From Perkinsus olseni (taxonomy: Eukaryota), in assembly GCA_013115125.1 (NCBI GenBank), contig JABANN010000090.1, positions 1-64,000 of the forward strand: a stretch of DNA of 64,000 bases. The letters are read 5' to 3'. The notes beneath the pieces were generated by a model. It was not told the origin of the DNA and ran no database searches. It worked only from the letters and a program-made list of their open reading frames with translations. The position numbers and the translations under genes are program-made. Below, in pieces: positions 1 through 8,898 of the stretch; within the stretch, counting starts at the first letter, position 1; the number at the start of each line of letters is the position of its first letter.

Positions 1-802
1 TGCTCGCCGAGCAATGCTCGGGTTTCAGGTTTGGTGTTTTCCTTCCCGCACTCCCGTATTCTTTGGGATTTTATGTGGCCGACCGGGACCCCTAGTGGCG
101 GCGTAATTACGCTGTGACGCGACCGCGCGCCACGAAATTTCGGCCAACAACATGAACAACGTTGCGATAGCTGACGGTATCCCGACTTGTCAGGCATAGC
201 CAGTGGCCTCTGAAGCGTAGTTTCTGCAGGGTTTTGTCCCGGCAGTATGAATCTGCCGAGGCTCCTAAAATTTGTTCATCACCTCGCTCAGAGCGCTTCT
301 CTTATTGTTGCCCTCATCCGGGATAAACAAGCGTGTAGCACTTGAGGAGGTCACCGGGTGAGGCTGAGCGAGAGCTTTTGCTACTTCAATGAGGCAAGCA
401 AGGAGTTATCATGTGAGGGTAAGTTCGGTAAAGGGAGAATGGCCTGGTCGTCGGCGGGCAGGGGGCTGGGCTGTGATCGCCACAATGCATAGGATTAAAC
501 TGCTAACCGGCCTGTTGACAACAGGCTGTTGTCGTCGGTCGTCGGACCGAATTCAGACGCTGCACAAACGTGCCTCCTCGTCATGTGACTTCGGTGTGAC
601 TCTAGGTTTCCTAAGCGCCTGTTCTGGCTTCCGCGTTGCGACAGTATAATGACACCAGCGTGGACTCTCAGTAGATCAAATCTACTAGATTTCAGACTCA
701 TCACAGGACTCATCGTAGTTGAGGTGTCTAACCCGAAGGCTAGAGAGTTTTCCCCAGGTCCTCTCAGTGATCGGTGTCTTCCTTTACGTTTCCCTTTCAA
801 TT

Positions 803-3800
803 ATGTGGGTGCCCGGGCGGGCACTCCTGCCGTTGCTCCTCATCGGCTTCACCGCTGCGTCTCGGGTCTGCGGAGGCCCCTTGAGTCTCTGCTGGAGATT
901 TGGTACATGCTCCAACTCGAGCCCGGCGGGTGTCTCTCACGATTACTGCTGCAGCGGTGAAGGCCTCGCTGACTCGGTCAACTGCTGGGGACACCCTGGG
1001 TACCCCCCTGAAGCATGTTGTCCTGGAAGATTCGAGCTGCCTCAGGCGACATGCCCTCCGGAACTGCTGGATCGTATAGCCTGGCTCCTCGACAGGGACG
1101 CCTTCGACGCCCCGCCCCTTTGGAAAGTCGCCACAGACGAGGCCGCCGTCGACATCTTCCTCAAGAAGCACACAACGCGACGCTGTGCTGTTGCCTTCAT
1201 AGCCCACAGGATTTTCCTCTACACAAAGATCCCCCGATGGGCCAAGCATTTCGGAATACTCGTCGATCCTGACGCTGTCAGCCACGACGTCTTCTCCCTC
1301 AGCTCCATGGTGGTCGCCTTCGATTTCCTGCGACAGCTCCCGTTGACGATTCTGATTGGCGACCCCGTGCTTAGCCGGTTGTGGATAGAGAGGGCCCTCG
1401 GGCACTGGAGGAAGCTCAAGTGTTATGTCTGGCAAGACACCTGGCAGTTGCATCCTCGCACAGGCTCCTGTGATGCCGATGAGAACTCGCTTGAGCAAGA
1501 GTTCAAGCGCCGCATCACCTTCTTTTTGAATCGCGGTGCTGTACCCGGCGTAGATGACAGCAGGTCTATGTTGAGTACCGCGGAGACTGGCTGCGAGTTG
1601 AGCAAGATTTGTGCGGCGCTGATCCTGTTCCTGCACGGTGCAATCACGAGCGAACAAGTGGATTATTGGTGGGGTCGGCTCAGATTCCCTGGGTTCATCC
1701 TGACTACCTCCTGGCCATTGCTGCCCCTTCTGTCCATGGCCTCCGAGGCAGTTCTTTCGACAACACGGGCCACCGCATATCAGAATGATGAGACGCCTAT
1801 AGTGGTTGTCGAGTGCAATGAAGTACCTGTTGTCACGCCTAGCCTGCACTACAACCTCTCGTACATCTCGCGTTTCGATTGTATACCACTCCTTCCACAG
1901 ATCATACCCGACATGGGGCATGTAGCTCTCCTCTCGCCGAAGCGCTGGGACTATGAGAACGAGGCGTCGCTTCCGCTGATGGTTGCATCGATGATCAGGA
2001 ACAATCTCTCCGTCGCTGGGCTCCCAGTTGTCGACCCGGACGAGAGGTGGTCATGGCCTTGTCTCAAGTTTCACCGAGACGACGTCTTTCACCAGTTGGT
2101 CACAGTAACGCCGTACGCAACGGGCTACGAGTCATACACCGCAGACCATAGTTGCGTCAAGTGCAGCACTACGAGCCAAAGCCGAATCTACGAAGCTCAA
2201 ACCTTCCACAAGGTCTCGAGGATCTGCGGAGGCTCGGCGACGTTGCCCGAGTTCGCACTCTGTCAAGACCTCATTGCCTTCGCTAGGGGCGATTTCGGGA
2301 TTTTCACCTGTCATCACTATCACCCAGTTCGCGAATCCCCTTACTTCTCACGGCTTGACCAGTTACCCGAGTGGCTGTCAGCCACTGTCGGTGTTACTGT
2401 CCTTTTCGTTGAGGCATCGCTACCTCCGCGAGCAATCACAGCGTGCGCCGGCGAGCACCGTGGGTCGTACGGTCCGTGTGAGACTCATGAGTTCCGAGCC
2501 TGGATAAGTTCGTGGTTGGCAGATAGAGATATCGTCGTCCAATGCGCCTCGGCATTCCTGCCGGTACCCCTCCATCGCTACGGTATCGAACCTTGCCCCC
2601 AGGTCATGAACAAGAGCCTCTGGCTCAACTTCAATGTTTGTGCCACAGAGACATACAGCGTCGACCGCGACCGCCGTTGGCCGGGAGTCGAGTTCATCGG
2701 GTCCAGCTGCTCGTACGCAGGCCTCTACAGGCTGCCATTGGCTCACACGCGATTGCTCTTTGGCGATGGTGTGCGGGTGTGGGTGAACCATACTGTGGGA
2801 TACTTTAAGAGCTCCACGGGGGCTACTCTCCGTGGGGTCTCTCTCGAGGTCGCCGAGTGGTCTGCAACATTGCCGGACTTGCTGGCTGTGACGAAGGAAG
2901 CTCAGGCTGCTGGGACTCGATTCATAGCGCTGCTGCCTAATGCAACCTCCACTGTGGCCATGGGCATGCTCATCAGGCTCACCGGAGCTGGATGCGCCGT
3001 GGCTGGTGGCTTGACCCGCTATGGGAGCTCATTGCTCTGGCCCGCGCGGCGCGTTCGCTATGGGTGGTGGAAGGTGGAGGTCCTGGATACTCGGCCCGAC
3101 AGGCGTGCCTGTCAAAGAGCTGACTCCACCTCGGCCACGCGAGTGTATCGAACCGAGGCCTTGCTGCGCATCCTTGGGCAGATTCTCGACGCTGAGGACA
3201 CCCTGCTGGGTGATGATGCCGAGAACTTCAGTCCTGTGGCGGTGGCATCTAAAGTTCTCCTTCTGGACGCCGTTGCTTCCCGTATGGGTGTTGATGTTTG
3301 CACGTGCAGCCAGATTCTTTTCGATGAGCCGGACTGGGCCCAGCAGCTCAAGGGTGTCCCCTTCCCAGGAGTTCACAGTGTTTTCATTGAAGGCATCCGT
3401 GTGGATGATGTACGCAGGACGTGTACGGTAGAGGCGGCCAACAGCGATGCAGTCCTCGCGGAAAACTACAAGTACATGGAACACTATCGATCCGTGACAC
3501 CGTTGTGCAACCGATTGTGGCTTGAGGATAGCTTTATACGACTTGTCGAGTGGTGGACCTCTGGGGCTCCGGAAGGCTCGAGAGTGGCTCTTGCCCGGCA
3601 AGGGACACTCCTCTCAGCGTTGTATCGTAGCGGCGATATCGGTATGATACCGTGGGACTACGATTTGGAGGTGACGTTGGTTGGGCTGGATCGCGAATAC
3701 GTGGGTGATCCGACAGAGACCGGCCTCTGCTCTACAGTAGTCGCTGCAGGAGTGTTCGCCGGAGTGCTGTTGAAGACGTGCGAGCTCGTAGAGAATCTCA

Positions 3801-4246
3801 CCTTTGGCATGGAGTCCGATCCCACCACTGCCCTTCGGGAAAGGGTCGCTGTCCAGCTTGGGCCCTTCACTATCGCGGTTATCCACACAGAGATGTTGCC
3901 GTCCGACCTCGTGGCCGTGCCCATGTTCGGAGCCTCTACGAAGATCCACTTTTCGCTACGGCAATGGGACTGGTGGTATCATAACATCTACAGAGGCTCC
4001 AGCTCCAAACTTATTGGTGGGGGCAACGTCGCTGACCACAACCCATGGGAGCTCTGTAACCATCGTGGAGCTCTCGGTCGCAGCTTGTGTCTTCCTAGTT
4101 GTGCGAACAGGAGCTTCTGTGATTTCCCAGACCTATTGCCGCTTACCCGAGCCAGCTGTGGCTTGTGGTGGGAGGGGTCGTGTCGAGGACGGCGGCAGGA
4201 AGCTCTTGCTGATGCTTTTGTCACCTCACCTCCCGTGACATCATGA
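803..4246 (+). CDS. Large secreted/Golgi protein with C-terminal LicD/fukutin-related (FKRP-like) nucleotidyltransferase domain
   Basis: Single-exon ORF (719..4246). The first in-frame ATG at 803 starts a hydrophobic signal peptide (MWVPGRALLPLLLIGF). The C-terminal motif TPLC...QGTLLSALYRSGDIGMIPWDYDLEV matches the LicD/FKRP signature G(S/T)LLGA.R.G..IPWD.D.D. Confidence 0.75.
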   Translation: MWVPGRALLPLLLIGFTAASRVCGGPLSLCWRFGTCSNSSPAGVSHDYCCSGEGLADSVNCWGHPGYPPEACCPGRFELPQATCPPELLDRIAWLLDRDAFDAPPLWKVATDEAAVDIFLKKHTTRRCAVAFIAHRIFLYTKIPRWAKHFGILVDPDAVSHDVFSLSSMVVAFDFLRQLPLTILIGDPVLSRLWIERALGHWRKLKCYVWQDTWQLHPRTGSCDADENSLEQEFKRRITFFLNRGAVPGVDDSRSMLSTAETGCELSKICAALILFLHGAITSEQVDYWWGRLRFPGFILTTSWPLLPLLSMASEAVLSTTRATAYQNDETPIVVVECNEVPVVTPSLHYNLSYISRFDCIPLLPQIIPDMGHVALLSPKRWDYENEASLPLMVASMIRNNLSVAGLPVVDPDERWSWPCLKFHRDDVFHQLVTVTPYATGYESYTADHSCVKCSTTSQSRIYEAQTFHKVSRICGGSATLPEFALCQDLIAFARGDFGIFTCHHYHPVRESPYFSRLDQLPEWLSATVGVTVLFVEASLPPRAITACAGEHRGSYGPCETHEFRAWISSWLADRDIVVQCASAFLPVPLHRYGIEPCPQVMNKSLWLNFNVCATETYSVDRDRRWPGVEFIGSSCSYAGLYRLPLAHTRLLFGDGVRVWVNHTVGYFKSSTGATLRGVSLEVAEWSATLPDLLAVTKEAQAAGTRFIALLPNATSTVAMGMLIRLTGAGCAVAGGLTRYGSSLLWPARRVRYGWWKVEVLDTRPDRRACQRADSTSATRVYRTEALLRILGQILDAEDTLLGDDAENFSPVAVASKVLLLDAVASRMGVDVCTCSQILFDEPDWAQQLKGVPFPGVHSVFIEGIRVDDVRRTCTVEAANSDAVLAENYKYMEHYRSVTPLCNRLWLEDSFIRLVEWWTSGAPEGSRVALARQGTLLSALYRSGDIGMIPWDYDLEVTLVGLDREYVGDPTETGLCSTVVAAGVFAGVLLKTCELVENLTFGMESDPTTALRERVAVQLGPFTIAVIHTEMLPSDLVAVPMFGASTKIHFSLRQWDWWYHNIYRGSSSKLIGGGNVADHNPWELCNHRGALGRSLCLPSCANRSFCDFPDLLPLTRASCGLWWEGSCRGRRQEALADAFVTSPPVTS

Positions 4247-4332
4247 TGACAATAAGGAAGTGACCCGTTTAGTTTGTGTGTTTCGTCACAAAGCAGTGGG
4301 TCGGTGCAAAAACCCTTGTAAAATGCGGTCTC

Positions 4333-4372
4333 GAGAAAGGTCGCGGGTTCGATCCTCGCCGAAGCATTTTTT
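4333..4372 (+). pseudogene. tRNA-like 3' half (variable loop, T arm, partial acceptor strand) followed by a T run
   Basis: GAGAAAGGTC GCGGG TTCGATC CTCGC CGAAGCA TTTTTT: intact T stem-loop/B box and Pol III-type terminator, but no convincing D or anticodon arm upstream. Confidence 0.35.
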
Positions 4373-4726
4373 ATGTATTTTTTCTCTCGTAGCTCGACCA
4401 CTAGCCGATGCCCCGCAAACAGATGCCCCCTAGACCGGGGATACTTTTGGTAGTTGATAATGGAATACAGGGACGGATTAGCATCTCATAGTTATACCAA
4501 GGGCCGTTCCTCACGGTGGGAGGGGTTGCTGAGGTTCGCACAAGTCACGAGCTTGTGACGTAGACTAGCGTCACCATGTAACGTAAGTAGATATCCCTGT
4601 GACCAGCAAGGTGCCCTCCTTCTCTGGCCTGCGCTCGCCTCAGTGTTCTGCTTCAGGCTCTGAGCATTCGAGCTCGTTATCGTAGTAGGGTTTTGACAAA
4701 GATTTGAGTCTCATCCACCATCGTTA

Positions 4727-6241
4727 ATGTCATTGCCACTTTCTCAATTGCAGAATCAGCAGCAGCAGCCGCAGTCGAATCAGCTAGTCGGTCAAGACGC
4801 GTTTGGCCAGATGGACGCCTCCGATAGTATGGGGATGAATCCGCAGGGTATGGCTGGAGCCATGTCAATGGGCCAGCGTCCAGCTGGTAACCCTGCCGGC
4901 GGCGTCCCTCATCGCGAGCTTTATCGCAAAACCCGTATGTGCAAGTACTTCCTTCAAGGCTACTGTGTTCATGGAGACCAGTGCGACCATGCTCACGATG
5001 TTAGCGAGCTGAGGCACCTGCCGGATATGCGTAAGCAAAGGCCTTCCACTGGGGTTGCTGTTTGATCATCAGTTCTTCACTGTTCAGGTCCCGGAGGCTA
5101 CGGCCATGGCGGCGGTGCAGGTCGACAAGTGTCAGATACGGCACCGACGTCGCCTGGCTCTACTGAGTCCCATCCTAGTGGAACTGGTGATGCTGGTTCG
5201 CATGAGCGTGAGGTTTTTAGAAAGACCCGTATGTGCAAGTACTTCCAGCAGGGGTACTGTGTGCACGGTTCTGACTGCAACTACGCCCACGATTGGAGCG
5301 AGATAAGGCATGTTCCCGATCTTCGTAAGAGCAAGTCTAATCAGTTCCCCGGTGCTGCTGGTGTCGAACCCAAGGACGCTCAATTTATGAATGCTGCTGC
5401 GGCCGCTGCGAGTAGGGCTCCCTACGTCGCTGATTCCGGTGCCACTGATGCTGCTGTCTTGGCTGCTTTGAGCAGCACTGCCGCGGCCCTCAACGAGAAT
5501 CCCAATCTACTGGTAACTGGTCCTGATTCATCTACTGGTCTCCCGGCATCGCAGAAGGCTATGAGCAATACCATGACGGCAAGTGACTTCCTCGAGCAAG
5601 CTCAGTTATTAGACCAAATTGCTAAGGCATTGGAACAGCTCAATGGCAGTGCTGATAGTAGCGCTTTTACTGCTGGTGATGAAGTTAGGCTAAGACTCCG
5701 GTCCTACACTGGTGGTCAGGATATGATTGCTGCACTTGTCGATGATCCTCCGGACAACTTCCCCAGCATCACCGATTCCTTCCCGACGGTTCCCGCCCCT
5801 GGGCTTGATGCCGATGCTCCTGCGTTCGTGCCACAGCAGCAGCACCAACAGCAGCAGGCAGCCGCGCCAACATCGACATCGTCATCATCGACAAATGAGA
5901 AGAGACATTACACGAAGTCCTGCGCTGGCACGTTGTTGGTGCCTCCGACCACTGAGCCATCTGAGTCGCGTCAGGCCCGCCCGCGCGGATTGAGTGGGTG
6001 GAAGCCTCTAGAGTCCATCGATAATGTCGAGTCCAGGTCGCGAACACTGAGCCAAATCGCTACAATTTTAGAAGCAAGAAGAAGGTTGCCTAGTTTCAAT
6101 CCGCAGCCCTCGTCGTCGCAGGCTTCATCCCAGTTTGGTGCTGGGTCGTCAACACTTCCGAATGATGCTGGGTCGTACACTCAACAGCTGTCCGGAAGCA
6201 ATAATGCTGTTGGGGGCAGGGTTGAGCAGCCATCAGCCTGA
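4727..6241 (+). CDS. CCCH zinc-finger RNA-binding protein (2 fingers, 2 exons)
   Basis: Two C-x7-C-x5-C-x3-H fingers with KTRMC lead-ins. A GT-AG intron at 5031-5087 (57 nt) joins ORFs 4727 and 5129 in frame. Confidence 0.9.
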
Positions 6242-7038
6242 TCTCCTCAGCAAGTTAGTGGGCCTCAGCAGCATTCTTGCTTGTAGCAGCGCGGGCCGCA
6301 TTTACCACTACTGTCGGTATTGTTGTTGTTGATGAATATGTTGATGTAAGTTATATCAGTGATGAAACATATTAACGCTTTTTCTCGTATTAGTGACGTC
6401 GTTAGAACGAACATAGATCAGGGTGATGACAGGAATGATGATGATAATAATAATAACATTGCTGCTGCTTTTATTGCCTTCCTCCTCCTCCTCCTCCTCA
6501 TTGATATAAGACTATTACTACCATTGTAAGAAGATGGTGACGGTACTAGCAGGTCACGGCAACAGTGCTCACCGCACCACTGCTGCTGCTGGTGCTTCTC
6601 GGTGGTGTTCAAGTAGCATAGTACTGATGTTGTTGTTGAAGCTTTGTTGTTGATGGGTAGGACAGAGAGGGGAGGCCCATCAACTATTGTAAAATACGTG
6701 GCGAATTTCATTATTCCCAAGTTTCTTGGATGCGTTACAATCGGTTCTGTGTTGTCAGTTCTGTAAGGGCGTATAGAGCTACACAGCTCAACTTGGTGGT
6801 GGGGGCGTTGATTCATGTTGGTTGATGAGCATATCTTAGGTCGAACCGTGGAAGCTATAGAGCTTTCCTACCGCTTCCCCCTCGGACTGCATTGTCCCGG
6901 AATGGTAGTAGCTGGATAGCGTCTTACTTGAGGACCTCATTGATTCCGCTATTCAGCGCTCGTAGTCCTTCGGCATTGGACTTCCTTATCGCTGAAGAGC
7001 TTAGGTAGTATTTTTGGTCAACCCACGGCCTTTCGGGT

Positions 7039-8530
7039 ATGGTCCCTCGAGTGCCGGCTTGGGCTGTGGCGGCTGTGATGTTGCTGACCGGCAGCATGAA
7101 TACTCTCTCCAAGAAGGCTATGTTCGAGACATGTGCGCCAAGCATCACCGGACACACTAGAGGTACTCAGGACGGCTGGGTCCAATGGGCTGGGAGGATA
7201 ATACAAGTTGATTGCACACTGTATGCAGCGAAAATAGGGGGCCTCTGATTGCAGCGATCAGAAGACTTGTATCCGACTTTCGGACAAGCAATCTTAAGGT
7301 CGAGCCTAGTATGCTAGAACGCCTCGTGCGGTAATCCTGGTGATTCGCAATCAGAAAACTGTGCTTCTCCCTCAGCCGACTGCCCATCGGGCCAAGAGCC
7401 CTTCAACAAGCCCTGGACACAGAACCTAGCTATGTTCCTGGGCGAGTCGATGCTGCTCTTTGTAGTACTCTACAAGCAGAGACGGCAGTATCCTGCCAGT
7501 GACCGGCGCCCTTCGCGACCACCGCCGTACTTCTTCGCTCCGCCTGCTGCTCTTGATCTACTGGGCACTGGCTTCTCGGGAATTGGGATGAATTTTATAT
7601 CGGCTTCGGTGTGGCAGATGATGCGGGGGAGTATTGTAGTTTTCACTGCGATACTATCAGTACTCCTACTAGGCCGAACGATGCACAGCTCTAAGATACT
7701 TGCCATATGTTGCACGGTCCTTGGCCTTACTCTGGTGGGCGCCAGCTCAGTACTGGATACGAAGGCCTCCAGCAGCAGCCATGGCGGGCTGGCCTCTCTG
7801 GTTGGGATTGGTTTCACCATCCTTGGCCAGCTCTGCGGAGCTACTCAGATGATCACTGAGGAGCGGTTGCTCAAGTCTCGCCGCTGCCCATCCTCCCTTG
7901 TTGTCGGTATGGAAGGCATCTGGGGCATCGCTTCGATGTTGGTAGTGCTGGCCGCCATGTCCTGGGTCCCTGGCGACGACAACGGCTCGTATGAGAACGC
8001 CAGAGACTCGTTGTACAAACTGGAGACCTCCGCGACGATCCTGACTCTGATGATCACCTATTTTTTATCAATATCCGTATTCAACTTATGCGGCATGACA
8101 GTGGCGAGACGATTGTCTTCCGTAAGGCGGCTCTTCATTCCCTGCGGAGAGGACTCCGAGTACTTCAGGTTCACAGGACTATGCTGGACTCGCTTCGTAC
8201 GATGCTCGTGTGGATTGCTCAGCTCTCCTTTTACTACATATTCGGGAGTTCTAGATACGGTGGGAGAGGCCTTGTGTTACTCAGGTCCTCGATCCCGATG
8301 CAGGTACCCCCTGGTCCGCCCACAGCTGGCTTCAGCTTGCTGGCTTCCTAATTTGTGTAGTCGGTACCCTGCTGTATAACGACGTCATAACTTTACCTTT
8401 CATGCGTGCTCATGACGTAGATGAGTCCTCGAGGGCGTTGATCATAGCAGAAGATGATGATGAATCAGATGCATCGGCAGTAGTGAATGAATCAGCATCA
8501 GATGCGGACAGAGAGATGAACAGTTATTAA
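7039..8530 (+). CDS. SLC35F6-like nucleotide-sugar/DMT transporter, multi-exon
   Basis: Motifs MLLTGSMNTLSKK, PFNKPWTQNLAMFLGE, SASVWQMMRGSIVVFTAILS, QMITEE, VGMEGIWG and HRTMLDSLRT; multiple TM segments; acidic tail ending at TAA 8528-8530. Confidence 0.85.
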
Positions 8531-8898
8531 TCCCATGTGGCTGTGTAGAGTTGTGAGTGTGGAAAGCGACAAGTCTCATGGACAACTGTGTGATAGACTG
8601 AAGAGAGCGTGGCACCCTATGCAGTTGAGGGATGAGTTACTGGCTAACAGCTGGCAGCCACGTCAACTCTCTGCTTGGCTTGTACACCCCAATTCCCGGA
8701 GTACTGTCTCACACAAACCCGGAGTCAACTCCGATGAACGATTCTGACTCCTTTTGAATTTGGAGGACTGTTACGTGACTATGCAACGGGTGCCTCTGTT
8801 GCAAACAGTTAAGTTAACTGAGTTAACACAACAGACAACACGGTTAGGTTGAATTTCATGGCTCACGTACCGGGTCCCAAGTCAAACAAGTAACATCA

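Noticed and set aside
127..139. GCGCCACGAAATT shared with about 39671
   Set aside because: A single 13-bp match in different contexts is compatible with chance.
150..700. Possible small spliced gene starting at ATG 152
   Set aside because: Splice-like signals are present, but I could not build a consistent open reading frame.
797..1921. 374-aa minus-strand ORF
   Set aside because: Antisense shadow of the 1175-aa ORF, typical of GC-rich coding DNA; no motifs.
4241..4320. SECIS element or selenocysteine read-through at the tandem TGA TGA
   Set aside because: The hairpin lacks the ATGA/GA quartet geometry, and an in-frame TAA follows within two codons.
6418..6816. 132-aa minus-strand ORF with poly-R and poly-L
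   Set aside because: It arises from simple trinucleotide repeats in intergenic/UTR sequence.
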